Notes under the pieces: model-generated
What the model saw: the letters and a program-made list of their open reading frames with translations, nothing else
What the model was told of the DNA's origin: nothing
Database searches by the model: none
Translations under genes and position numbers: made by a program
Origin: Octopus vulgaris
Taxonomy: Eukaryota
Assembly (NCBI GenBank): GCA_951406725.2
Contig: OX597820.1
Coordinates: 14,570,001-14,634,000 of the forward strand
DNA: 64,000 bases
Direction: 5' to 3'
In this document: positions 38,736 to 52,382 of the stretch, in pieces
Layout of the letters: every line of letters starts with the position of its first letter
Numbering within the stretch: the stretch's first letter is position 1

Positions 38736-39719
38736 ATGATGATTGTTTACATCAATCACATGATGTCGAGGCAAGGGCATGTGCATGCGTGCGCGTGCAC
38801 ACACACCTATATGTATGACAGGCTTCCTTCAGTTTCTGTCTACCAAATTCACAAGGTTTTGGTTTGCCTGGGGCTATCATAGAAAACAAATGTAGGTATT
38901 GAAATCGTATGGCTCCCACCTGCTAGTAACTTCTCTCCCTCATCTCAAAATGAAATTTAAAGAATTGTTTATGAAACAAGCTCAAAGTTTTTGATTTTGA
39001 GAGGGGGGCATGGGTGGAGCTACAAGGAAATTTTAATGCTGATGCATTTACCAAGAGAATGTTTTTTTTTATCTGTTTACTTGCAAAACCAAGGCATTGA
39101 CTTTGCAGCCCCTCCTAGTTTGATGAGGTTGGTTCCATTAGCATTCCTCTTGAACCCTTTTCAGTCTAAAACTTGTGGGAAAGAAATGAGCAAAGAAGGG
39201 AATTGTTGAGGACCAACATTCTGAGAAAGAAGGAGGTAGTGCAGTGCTTAGGAATTAGTACAGAGTTTAAGGGGTTTAGACACAACAAGGTGGGGGTTGA
39301 AAGGAGAAATGAGTAGGATAGGAATACTTGAGTGGAAGGAGCATTGCTGAGCCAGCCGTGAGAAGCAGAGGCCATTACAGATGCAGCAGAAAATGGAGAA
39401 AAGTGAGGCAGCATGCCTGTGGGCCGGAGGCTGGAGCACATCTGTGAATGAGGTTATACCAATCAGTTGGGTGGCCCCTTTTTTAGATGTGGTCTATGAT
39501 GCTTGTGCATGTGGTAACAGCACTGACCCAGATATGAGGACAATACTCCATTGCAGGCCTTAACTGGTTTGTAGAGTGTCAATAAATGTTGGGGGTTAAA
39601 GGGTTAAAGTATGTTCTGACCCTAAAAAGAAGGGCCAGTCAATGGGATCAAAAAAAAAGAATAGAGATAATGTTTTTATTGTTTTTTTTTTGTGTACCCT
39701 GAAACGCTGGAATTTCGAG

Positions 39720-39786
39720 AATAAGAAAAGGGGACGTCACTGTAATCATAAAATTAGTTAGAACCAGTGTCATAGTACCCACGTAA
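39720..39786 (+). CDS. Candidate alternative terminal exon: x-IRKGDVTVIIKLVRTSVIVPT*
   Basis: First AG (GAG) after a poly-T tract. Phase 2 is longest. Confidence 0.2.
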
Positions 39787-39829
39787 CTGCCCTGAGCAGC
39801 CCTTCAAGTCAGTCCTGTTCTTTACACAT

Positions 39830-41180
39830 TACTCTCTTTTCTGATATCATTTGTGAGAGTCAACATTATCTGTCCTGACTTAAAGACATCCTTCAAGTCA
39901 GTTCTGTATGTTGCTGTGTTTGCGTCAGTGTCATTTGTGATCATGTGAGTTTCAACATTATCTATCTCAGTTGAAATGAACCTATATTTCCTTTGATACA
40001 ACTTCAAACAACCATGTGTTGAACAGGTCTTGAAATCTATTCAGCACTGCTCCATAACATGTTGCTGTCCTTTGTCATGTCATCTGTGAGTTTTGACATT
40101 ATCTGGCCTGATATGAATACATCCTCATGTCTCTTTATGTAGCCATGCACTGAACAGCTCTTTCATTCACTTCTGTCTTGCTCCATACATATGAGTGTCT
40201 TTTGTGCTGTGAACCTTTGTGAGTCCAACATCTGTCCTCGTTGCTCCATATGTGCTGCTGTCTTTTGTGAGACCATTTATAAGTTTCAAGATTATTTGTC
40301 CTGATCTAAATGCATGTACAATTCCTTTGATAGGATTTCAAACAACCATGTATTGAATTAACTCATGAAATTTATTCAGCATTCTTTCATGCATGCGGAG
40401 GCACGTGGCTTAATGGTTGGGGATGTTGGAATTATGATCGTAAGATTGTGGTTTCAATTCTGGGACTGGGTGATGCGCTGTGTTCTTGAGCAAAACACTT
40501 CATTTCTATTTCTTTAGTACCCACAAGGGGCTAAACACAGAGAGGACAAACAAGGACAGACAAAGGGATTAAGTTGATTATGTTGACCGCAGTGCGTAAC
40601 TGGTACTTATTTAATTGGCCCCGAAAGGATGAAAGGCATAGTCGACTTTGGCAGAATTTGAGCTCAGAACATAGCGGCAGATGAAATACCGCTAGGCATT
40701 TCGCCCAGCGTGCTAACGTTTCTGCCAGCTCGCCTGTTTTTTTTTTTATTTTTTATTATTTATAGTTTTGTTGAACAATTCATGTCTGACAAAAAAAAAA
40801 AAAAAAAAATAGTAATAAAAAAAATACAAAAATACTTCATGTTGCTCCAGTCCACACAGCTGCCAAAAATGGGTATCCCGGCAGTGGCCCAATGTCCCGT
40901 CCAGGAGAGAAATATATATATTACAGAAACCAAGCAACCAACTCTATGGGTCTATCTGACTCAGGGGAATTATCTTATCCTATCTGTTTTCCCATCCTTG
41001 TTGCTGTGTTTTGTGATATCATTCCCAAGGGTCAACAGTATCTGTTCTGACTTAAATACATCCACATGTCCTTTCATACAGCCATGCATTGAACAAATCT
41101 CTTAGATCTGTTCAATATCTCTCCTTACATGCTGGTGTTTCATCATCATTATCTGTGAATCTAAACATCATCTGTCCTTA
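39830..41180. repeat. Old, diverged ~110-130 bp tandem repeat interrupted by SINEs (about 40395-40980)
   Basis: Recurrent tgtgag..tcaacattatctgtcctga...ccatgYRYTGAAca motifs. Confidence 0.6.
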
Positions 41181-41622
41181 TTTAACCCTTTCACATTGAG
41201 ATTACACTCTCAAATGTAATATTTATTTATTCAAATTGCTTTGAATTAATCATGCATTATTTTGTAGCTTGATCATAATCTTTCAGTTCCTGAACTGGGC
41301 AATACATTGCGTTCTTGAGCAAGACACTTCATTTCACATTGCTCCAGTCCACTCAGCAGTAAAATTGAGTAATCCTGCAACAGACTATCGTCCTGTCCAG
41401 CAAGGAATATACAGGCCAGAAAAACCATGAAACCGTTATGCTCTTTACAGAGTAATGTGGACTGGCCATCTTATTATATAGCTTTGAGATTTCGGTGAAG
41501 CGATCGTTTACTTTTTAGAATGACATTGTAGGTAGGTGCAAGAGGTCAGATCTAGCCAGTTTGGAAATAAAAGGCGGGAGGATATTTTGGCCAGATACAG
41601 TCAGTTGGATGCTTATTTCTAG

Positions 41623-41776
41623 GTACTGGTCTATTTCCACCACAGCTGGCTTCTCTTTCTGTCAGCACAAACATTGGAACAAAACAAAATTTCGACAATA
41701 TCCCAGTTTCTCGCCTGTATTATATTTGTCTACTTGCCACTTCATTCCATTTTCTTTGACATTGATACTTAACTAA
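41623..41776 (+). CDS. Candidate alternative terminal exon: x-YWSISTTAGFSFCQHKHWNKTKFRQYPSFSPVLYLSTCHFIPFSLTLILN*
   Basis: Acceptor gcttatttctAG. All three frames are fairly open, phase 2 marginally longest. Confidence 0.25.
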
Positions 41777-42327
41777 TTCATTAATTGGTTTTGGATTAAG
41801 CTGGATTATCCAGTCTTATTACAGATATTCAGATGTGAAATATGAAACTATAAATATTCTTTAAGATATTATATTGCATATGTGGGTGTATATGAATTGT
41901 GTGTGTATTCATATATATGTGCACGTGTGTGTGTGTTTCCATGCTATAATATTTGCGTTTGAATGAGTTTACTTACGTACACTGCATGTTTGAGTATCCT
42001 ATACACACACTCTCCATTCCTATTATAACACCAGGTGTTTGCGTTTACGTGCACATGTGACTGCATGCATGTCCTAATTTCTCCGATCTTATTCCATTTC
42101 ATAAATGCCATCTTTTATACGCATACACGTGTATGTATATATGTATGTATGTATGTACGTATGTATGTGTATACACACACACATAGAGAAAAGATGCAAG
42201 CATGTCCTAATTTCTGAAATCACATGAATACCTTCTGTGTGTGTGTGTGTGTGTGTAAATATGTGCACATAGGCATGTTATTGGCTATACCTCAGTATGG
42301 CCACAGACTTTAGGCTAAAAAAAATAT

Positions 42328-42394
<67 letters not shown>

Positions 42395-42411
42395 ATATAT
42401 ATATGTATATA

Positions 42412-42458
<47 letters not shown>

Positions 42459-43001
42459 ATATATATATGTATATATGTGTGTGTGTGTATATATATATGT
42501 ATATATGTGTGTGTGTGTGTATATATATATGTATATATGTGTGTGTGTGTGTATATATATATGTATATATGTGTGTGTTTGTGTATATATATATGTATAT
42601 ATGTGTGTGTGTGTGTGTATATATATATGTATATATATATGTATATGTATATATATATCTGTGTATATATATATATTATTCACATGCACAAGCTCACACA
42701 CATACAGATGAATATACACATGTCCTAATTTCAACAATCTCATTCTGTTTCATGAATGCCATCTTTAATAAGCGCAGAAATATGTGTGTGTGTGTGTGTG
42801 TGTGTAGATGCATTTTATATTGTTGTTTGTTTACACCGTATGAACATATATATACCACATACATCTTCCAGCATTTGACGATAGAAAACTTGTAGCCAAG
42901 CATTAAAAAGAGAAACGCTCTTCTCACAAACGTCGGCATTCATTAGTAGAATTAAATTTTAGGAATTTTCACCAGAATTTTTCTTTTGCTTCATTCATTC
43001 A

Positions 43002-43056
<55 letters not shown>

Positions 43057-43486
43057 TCCTTCTTTCTTTCTTTTTCCTTCTCTTTTTTTCCTTTTCTTAT
43101 TGGTTAAATTTTGATGTACTAGATTTCCTCGACATCTCCTGATTCTTAGATAATCCTGACAGGTTGTTATGGCCCTATTGTTAGAAATTTTTCCGAGCAG
43201 GATGGGGGGGGATGCTTGGTAGGTAGGTAGGTAGGTAGGTAGGTAGGTAGGTCGGTGTGTAGCTGTTGGTGGTGGTGGTCGTGGTGTCGGTGATTGTGTC
43301 GGTTCTTCTGCGGTTGCGGACTTTTAAGTTTCGTCGTTTGATTGGATTTGATTTCTAAGTTTCCATTTTGTTTTCTTTTGTTGTGTTTCTTTTTTGTGTT
43401 TCTTTCTTTTTTTTTTTTTTTCGCTGGTTTGTTTTTGTCTTGTTTAAGCTTCCCTGTCATTGATTTATTTTCTGTTTGGCTTTCAG

Positions 43487-43541
43487 GCTATGCTGTAACA
43501 TATGGCGTGTTGAGTGCGTATGCACACACATGTGCACATAA
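43487..43541 (+). CDS. Candidate exon after strong acceptor: phase 2 x-LCCNIWRVECVCTHMCT*, or 31-nt micro-exon ending at gc|gtatgc
   Basis: Acceptor tttattttctgtttggctttcAG; frame ambiguous. Confidence 0.3.
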
Positions 43542-43946
43542 TGCACACGAATATTATAAACACTTCACCACCGCACACACACACACACACACACACACAT
43601 TCACGTGGACACATATAACACTCACACACACACATGCATACACAAGCGTATACATCACATACATTACATCGCCACCATCATGCATATATACACACACATA
43701 TACACATATATTATTAGACACACGCACATACACACGCATGCATATAATGGTTGATTCTTTAGATGTTGGTGAACATTAGTGCCTGGATGTGAGCAAGTGC
43801 ATGAGAGAGAGAGAGAGAGAGAGAGAATCTAAATTTTAATGAAACCCCCAAGTTATGTAAATGTCTTGCTAAACACATCCATGCTTCGCTTTCCACATTC
43901 ACACACTCAATATATATTTTATATATACTCTCTGTCTCTCTCTCTG

Positions 43947-44005
<59 letters not shown>

Positions 44006-44085
44006 CACACATGCACACACACACATCTATCAGTTCTTCCATTCATATTTATTGCAGAAATACAAAATATAATTCTTGTATATTC

Positions 44086-44154
<69 letters not shown>

Positions 44155-44297
44155 TTCTTATATAATGACACACACACACACACACACAGAGAAACAGTTA
44201 CATGTGTGTGTGTGTTTGTATGTATATGTATTGATAGATAGATACTTACACATAATACACACACATATACATACACATGCATACATACATACATACA

Positions 44298-44333
<36 letters not shown>

Positions 44334-44490
44334 TATACACACAGACACACACACACATATTCTCTCTTTTTGGAGGAAACCGACATACTTATACTTTCTC
44401 TTTTCTTTTCTGCTCACTCCCATGTAAATCCATCTTTTGCACACACACACACACACACACTCTTTCACACATGCAGGCTCTCATTCATTC

Positions 44491-44532
<42 letters not shown>

Positions 44533-44731
44533 GCACTTACTTACACACATTCCTATCTTCTCTTTTCACACACATTTGTTCTTTCTTTTTCTCTCCATTC
44601 ATTAGCAGTCTCCTTCTTTCCTACATTTTCTCTCTTTCCCATCATATATCCACATATACACATTGTCCCTCCTCTCGCATATATTCTCTCCTTTTCTTTT
44701 TCTCCGTCTCCTCATCCTTACAGAAACCGAT

Positions 44732-44796
<65 letters not shown>

Positions 44797-44809
44797 CATG
44801 CATGCGCAG

Positions 44810-44909
44810 AGGATGTTGCATTTTCATTTCCAAATGCTCCATGATAAATGAAGCTACATTAGACTTTGAAACTTTCTTGAATATCTTTAGAAACACCTTC
44901 TGCATGTGA
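44810..44909 (+). CDS. Candidate alternative terminal exon: x-GCCIFISKCSMINEATLDFETFLNIFRNTFCM*
   Basis: AG after (CA)n-tgcatgcatgcgc. Phase 2 is open 32 codons; the others stop within 14. Flanked by TGCATG motifs. Confidence 0.35.
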
Positions 44910-46021
44910 CTGCTTCATGCTTTATTGATTTATGGCTATTTAACTTCTTTCGGCAAAAAAAAAACATTTCTTTCTCATATATATGTTTTGTAACATGTGC
45001 AAAAAGCCCTCTCCACCACCACCACCACCACCACCACCACCATCGCAGCCGCTGCCGCCACCATTCCACTTATTATTTTTTTATCCGAAAATAATGGAAA
45101 TTAGTTTTAATGTTATTTTTTAGTTTTTGTTTTTTTAATATCGTGTAAAATAAGACGGGGGGGGGGTGTCTTTTTATATTGTTTTGTTTATGTTTTTATC
45201 ATTTACCATTTCGCGTCTGTTAGTGTTCAGATTAGGAAAAAAAAAAACAAAAAAAATCAAAAAAGAAAAAAATGGAATTATTTTATTTATCTTTCCCCCC
45301 TTGTTCTACATGTTAGTTAAATGAAATAAGTTGTTTTAGTTCCGAAAGGCAGGAATATCTTGGAGTTAAATAGTTGTTGTAATATCGGTGAAGATAGGAA
45401 TAAAAGAGTTAAGTAGAAGAGAAAGGTAAGAAAAAAAAGGTCCAGAGGCCTCCAAAAGCATTAATGAGTTCATAAAAATCCAGCGCTTTGATCTAAATAA
45501 TTTGTTCTCGACGAGGGTCCATATGGCCCTGGGGTGGGGGTGGAGGTGAGTCACAGTATTTGGTTTTTAAAATTTATGTGGAATCAATTAATTATATTTC
45601 TTCAATATACAGAATATCTTAATGTTGTTTTTTTTTCTCCGATTCCCAGCAATTAATTAAAAAAATATAATGGGTTTTTTTTTAAAACTTCGAATGACTA
45701 TGAGGGTCTAAAATAGGACAAACAGGAATCGAAGGGGTTCATGGCTAAAAAAAAATTGTTGAGATTCCTTGTACCCATTTTGTTACCATGCTGCTATGGA
45801 TAATATATATGACATTCCTTTCAATTAATTTTGGAGATAATGAATTCAGTTCAATAATTTTGTCCCTATTAAGGCAGTGTTTGGAACCTTGACTGCAGTC
45901 TTTGATGTCATATAAAATGCACTATTTTCTTTAGCAAACAAAAGTCTCTCAAAGAATCATCTCAGATCCTTTATTTTTTTCATATGTGTGCATATATATC
46001 TATATATATATATATATATAT

Positions 46022-46171
46022 TTCTTTTATTCGTTTACTTGTTTCAGTCATTTGGCAGCAACCATTCTTTGTAAGCCTAGTACTTATTCTATTGGTTCTC
46101 TTTTGCCGAACTGCTATGTTATGGGGACGTAAACACACCAGCATCGGTTGTCAAGTGATGGTGGGAGACAC

Positions 46172-46212
<41 letters not shown>

Positions 46213-46366
46213 CGACAGGCTTCTTTCAGTTTCCGTCTACCAAATCCACTCACAAGGCATTTGGTCAACCCAAGGCTATAGTAGAAGACACTTGCCCAAG
46301 GTGCCATGCAGTGGGACTGAAACCCGGAGCCATGTGGTTGGTAAGCAAGCTACTTACCACACAGCC
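46022..46366 (-). mobile_element. Family A SINE
   Basis: Reverse complement of the family A consensus. Confidence 0.85.
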
Positions 46367-46814
46367 AATCCACATTACGGAGGATATATTATAAACAATT
46401 AATAATTATTTATGAATATATCAATGGTCAAACACGTTTTTATAAAATACATAGAAGAAGAATGGGGGGGTAACTTTCTAGGTGCAATCTATGATTAGTC
46501 ATGACCGAAGGGGGTCTCAGCAGTGAAATATCGGGATCGATATAATCGACTAGTCCCCTTCCCCAAAATTTCATAGCCTTGTGCCTTCAGTAGAAAGGGT
46601 TATTATTATTGTTATTATTATTATAAAGGCAGTGAGCTGGCAGAATCACTAGCACGCCAGGCAAAATACTTAGCAGTATTTCGTTTGTCTTTTCATTCTG
46701 AGTTCAAATTCTGCCGAGGTTGACTTTGCCTTTCATGCTTTCGAGGTTGATGGCTTTTTGCCAAAATTTGAAATCATTATTAATATTTTCCCTCCCCTTT
46801 TTTTAAAGTCAAAA

Positions 46815-47190
46815 CATGGTTCCAGATTCATTCCCACTGCATAGCACCTTGGGCAAGTGTCTTCTACTGTAGCCTTGGGCTGACCAAAGCCTTGTGAGTG
46901 GATTTGGTAGACGGAAACTGAAAGAAGCCTATCATATATATATGTATATATGTATGTGTGTGTGTGTGCGTGTGTGTATATTTGTGCGTCTGTGTTTGTT
47001 CCCCCAACATCGCTTGACAACTGATGGTGGTGTGTTTACATTTCCATAACTTAGCAGTTCAGCAAAAGAGACCGATAGAATAAGTACTAGGCTTCCAAAG
47101 AATACGTCCTGGGGTCGATTTTCTCAACTAAAGGCGGTGCTCCAGCATGGCCGCAGTCAAATGACTGAAACAAGTAAAAGAGTAAAGAGT
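46815..47190 (+). mobile_element. Family A SINE
   Basis: CORE motif and family A tail. Confidence 0.85.
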
Positions 47191-47994
47191 ATGGCAAGTT
47201 ATAAAAATAATACAGGTTGGTGTCTCAATATTTCAGTATTAAGATCCCTTCCTTCTTCAGGAAATTTTTGGTGTAAAGGTGTTGTTAGCCAGATTTCTTT
47301 GTCATTTAAATCCATTTTTTAAAAGGTTTACCTATCTCTCTCTTCACAGCAACCCTAGTACACCCACCATTTCTAGTTGTAGTAATTACACAGTAGTTAA
47401 GGGACACACTTCTTTCATCGCATAACAATGTTTGAATCAGTAAACTGGGTCAATATATGCTCAGCTTGCTTCTGCTCAATAAAACCTTCATTCACTGCTG
47501 CTCTATTAATTATTCAGACACTATTTTTGGTTTTGTCATGAACTAAGAATTATTGTTCATGTAGATGTGGAGGTGGCTGTGGTAGTAGGTGGTGTTACAT
47601 TAGGACTTGACTCTGCATCTCTTGTTCGCGAGTTCAAATTTTGCTAGCGGCAGCTTTGTATTTTTTTGTTTTGCTTCAATCAAATAAGTTCCAGATATGT
47701 AGTATGGAGTTGACACATGCATCGCTCATCATCATCATCATCATTTTATTTGTCATTTGACTGCAGCCATGCTGGAGCACCACCTTGAAGGGTTTTAGTC
47801 AAATCGACTCCAGGGCTTATTTTTTTAAAGCCTAGTACTTATTCTGTCGGTGTCTTTTGCTGAGCTGTTAAGCTATAGGGACATAAACACACCAACACTG
47901 GTTATCAAGCAGTGGTGGAGGACAAAGACACGCACACATACACACATAAACACATAGATATATACATACATGGCATGCACTGCTCTCTCACTCA

Positions 47995-48042
<48 letters not shown>

Positions 48043-48613
48043 TGACAGGCTTCTTTCAGTCTCCGTCTGCCAGATTCATTCATAAGGTTCTGGTTAGCCC
48101 AAGGCTGTAGTTGAAGATGCTTGCCTGAGGTGCCATGCATTGTAGTGTAGGTGTGAAAGGCCTGATCTGGCCAGTTTGAGCATAAAACAGGTAGAATCCT
48201 TGGACCTTTAGATATGGCCAGTTTGAATGCTAAAGGGCAAAACTTGTCCCTTAAATTTCTGGCTCTCTGCTTATGTTAGAAGCAGTTTTAATTGTTGAAC
48301 AGAAACTCACACAAACACACACACTTGTCTGAATGTATATTTAATGTATTAGTTGTTGAAATTTCTCAGCTCATTGATTTATTGAACACTGTTCAATACT
48401 CTTGGTTTTTTTTCCTTTTGTGTGTGTGTGTGTTGACCAGTCATTGAACAGAGCTTCGTTGTATTAATGAGCAAAAGACAGGTGAATGCATGTAAACGAT
48501 GTATAAGTTTGCTGTGCCTAGCACTCCTAAACATTGTAGAGCACTCTGCAGATCCGTCTGTCTGTCTGTCTGTCTGTCTATCCATCCAGCTACCTATCTA
48601 TCTACTGATCTAG

Positions 48614-48644
<31 letters not shown>

Positions 48645-48896
48645 CTGATCTAACTATCTGTCTATCAACCTATCCATCTGTCCGTCCATCCATCTATCTG
48701 TCTATCTATACATCCATCTGTCCAGCCGTCTATCTATCTGTGTATCTATCTATCTATCTATCTTTTTTTTTTACACGATCCCTTTTGATCAAAATTCTAT
48801 TTTTCTCCTTTTTTTTTTCTATTTTTGAAAAGAAAAGCTCTACATTATATTTTATCCCCTCTGTGTTCAGCCCTGTGTGGCTAATAAAGAAACATA

Positions 48897-48977
<81 letters not shown>

Positions 48978-49421
48978 GTGTATTTGTGTCTTTGTATTTG
49001 TGTATATATGTGTGTATATGCATGTATGTGTGTGTTCATGTATATATGTTTTTGTGTATATCTATCTACCTGTGTGTGTGTGTGTATGTATATATATATA
49101 TATATATATATAAATATAAATGCTTATATTCGTGTTTGTGTGTGTGCGTATGTATATATGAGATAGAGTAGGAGGCACTCCAAGCATGCCTATCAATTAG
49201 ATAAACCTCCGTCAATTAGATAAACCACTGAAGGTATTAAATTACACACACACACACACACTTTTCTTCGTTTCCAGTCCATGCCTGGTTTCCGTACCTA
49301 TCTTTCGCTGCTATCGTTTCAGTTTTAAACTCTGCTGTCTTCTCGTTATTGTCTTCTGTCGTTAATTAATTCTTGTCCTCGTCATTTGTTGTTTCGCCTC
49401 GGGTCAGGCTTGATTGAACAG

Positions 49422-49530
49422 ACCCAACCACCACTACGATCAAAGGCATTCAAGCTGTGAAACATTCCATCTTTGTTTAAGGCATTTCCTCCTAATCAAG
49501 GATGACTCCCATTATTCTGGACGCACATGT
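49422..49530 (+). CDS. Candidate alternative exon: x-PNHHYDQRHSSCETFHLCLRHFLLIKDDSHYSGRTC...
   Basis: Acceptor gattgaacAG. Phase 2 is longest and runs on into the CT tract (ORF 49414..50106); true end unknown. Confidence 0.25.
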
Positions 49531-50090
49531 ACTCCTTCTCCTTTTCTTTCTCTCTCTCTTCCTCTCCTCTTTCTCTCTCTCCTCTCCCTCACCTCATCTC
49601 TCCCTCTCATCTCATCTCTCCGTCTCATCTCTCTTCCTTTCTTTCTCTTTCTCCTCTCTCTCTCCTCTCCTCTCTTCTTTCTCTCTCTCTTCCTCTCTTC
49701 TTTCTCTCTCTCTTCCTCTCTTTTCTCTCTCTCTTCCTCTCTTCTTTTTCTCTCTCCTCTCTTTTCTCTCTCTCTCCTCTCCCCTTCCTCTCTCTCTCCT
49801 CTCCCCTTCCTCTCTCTCTCCTCTCCCCTTCCTCTTTCATTTCCCTCTCCTTTCATCTCTCTCCCTCCTCATCTCTCCATCTCATCTCTCTCCCCACCTT
49901 CCTCTCCCTTTCTTTCTCTCTCTCTTCCTCTCTCTCCTCTCCCCCTTCCTATTTCATCTCCCTCACCTCATCTCTCCCTCTCCTCTCATCTCTCCCTCTC
50001 CTCTCATCTCTCCCTCTCCTCTCCTCTCTCCCCTCCTCATCTCTCTCCCCTACCTCCCTCTCCCCCTCTTTCTATCTCTCCTCCCTCAAC
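49530..50090 (+). repeat. ~560-nt almost pure CT polypyrimidine tract
   Basis: Direct inspection. Confidence 0.95.
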
Positions 50091-51681
50091 AGTAAGGTAT
50101 GACTAGACGAAGGATTTGTTTCCCATTTCTAGCAGGTCAAGCAATCACATTGTCATTCAGTAACGGAACATGCTCCGTACACACTTCATGCCAGAAGATG
50201 TCTGTTTACCAAAGGCCCAGTTCGCTTCTATATAAGTGCTCAATGAATCGAAATCTCGTTGAATCGCATCAGGAATATCATTTAGGAAAAGGCATGAACA
50301 TCACAGCATCGTGCTTCTTTCCTCCCTCTTTGTTATAAATCAGAAGCTGTTTGCCTCTTAACTGTTTATGGTTTATTAGAAAAGAATGTTTGTTGTCTTG
50401 TGATCTTGATGATTATGGTGGTGGTGGTGGTGGTGGTGGTGGTGAGTGTGTTGTTTGGTTGTGGTGATGGGGGCATCCTCTCTCATTTCTAACCTCTTGA
50501 AGAGAAGGAGACATTCAAGGAATTCTTCACCAAGTAATTAAGGAGCAAAGATGGCGATGGCGGCGGTGGTGGTGGTGGTGGAGTAATAAGAAGATAGATG
50601 GAAGTTGTGATGAAGATGAGGTAGGTGTGTGAGATGGGGGGCGGCGGCAGGGTGGGTGGGTGTGGGGACAATGAGGTGGGAAGGGGGGTGGGGACAGGCC
50701 TGGGGTAAGTGGATGGAAAGGTGTGGTGGTGGTGGGAGGAAGAGGTATGGAAACGGTGTGTGTGATAGCAAGTTCTGTGGAGGTGGGTAAAATGGCTAGT
50801 CAGAACTGTGTGTGTGTGTGTGTGTGTGTGTGGTGATATAGATGGAATTGTGTATGTGGGGGGTGGGAAGGAGTTAGAAAATTGGGTGGTGGTGTGGGGG
50901 TGGTGATAGAGACAGACAGGCAGACAGACAGATAAATGAAATTGTGTGTAGAGAGATAGAGAGGAGCTGTAAGAGTGGTGGTGTGTGGGTATAGGTGGAG
51001 GTGGTGAAATTAGTGGATAGAATAGTTTGTCTGTATTAGTGGTGGTGGTGGTGGTGGTGGTAGTGGTGGTATAAATAGATGAGATGAAATTATGGGGCTG
51101 GGGCAGAGGGTGGGGTGGGGTGCTAAATAGGTAGAAGTGTTGGTGTTAAGGGGGTGGGTTGGTTGTACAAATAGATGAAATTGTGCAGAGCGGAGTGGGG
51201 GGTGGAGGTTGTGATGTGAGTATGAGGGAGGTAGTAAGTAATTGAAGTTTTTTGTGGTGGTGATGGTGGCATTGGTTGTGGTGGTGGTGGTGGTTGGTAG
51301 TGTCTGATGATGGTGGTGGGGTTGGTGGTGGTGGTGATGGAGTTTGTGATCATGGTATTAGTGATGGTGTTGTTGGTGATGTTTGTGATGATGATGTGGT
51401 AGTGGTGGTGGTGGTGTCTGTGATGGTGGTGGGGTTGGTGGTTGTGGTGATGGAGTTTCTGATTATGGTGTTTGTGATGATGATGATGATGGTAGTAGTG
51501 GTATTGGTGGTAGTGGTATTGGTGGTGGCATGTAGAATAGGTATATGAAATTGTGTGTGTGTGTGTGTGTGTAGAGAGGAGAGAGTGTATGATGTAGGGG
51601 TTTGGGGTTTGAAGATGATGGCGGTGAAGTCCATGAAGTGGTAGAGGCTATGTGTAGCTGTTGAGTTGAGGGAAGTGTTGA

Positions 51682-51712
<31 letters not shown>

Positions 51713-51999
51713 AGAGAATGGGAGGAGAAGTTTTGTGGAGTTAGAAAATACTTAACTGAAGAAATTAACTGAGATAGGAATAAACACATAAAAGAGAGAA
51801 TTGTGTTTGCTGCGAAAGAAGGGGGGAAGTGGGGGGGAGAGAGAGAGAGAAAGTAAGTCTTTGAGAATGAGGGGATGGGGGAAGAAGAGGGTGAGGATAT
51901 ATGTGAGGGAGAGAGAGAGATGATGATGATGACGATGATGATGATGATGAGAGGAGAGAAAATATATAAAAATACATATAATAATGACAGTGTATAAGT

Positions 52000-52382
52000 G
52001 CAGGCATGGTTGTGTGGTTTAGAAGTGTGCTTTGCAGCCAGGTGGTTTCAGGTTCAGTCCCACTGCATGGCACCTTGGGCAAGTGTCTTTTATTTCAGTC
52101 CTGGGCTGGTCGAAAGCCTTGCGAGTGAATTTGGTAGAGGGAAACTGTGTGGAACCCAGCATGTGTGTGTGTATGTCTGTTTTCCCATTCTCCACCACTT
52201 GTCAGCTGGTGTTGGTTTGATTATGTCCTTCATAACATTAGCAGTTCAGCAAAAGAGACTGATAGAAATACTACCAGGCTTTAAAAAAAATTAAGTGGTG
52301 GGGGGTCAATTTGTTTGGCCAAACCCTTCAAGGTGGTGCTCCAGCATGGCCGCAATCCAATAACTGACACAAACGATAAAAA
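52000..52382 (+). mobile_element. Family A-related SINE
   Basis: tRNA-like head, CORE motif, ggtggtgctccagcatggccgc tail. Confidence 0.8.
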
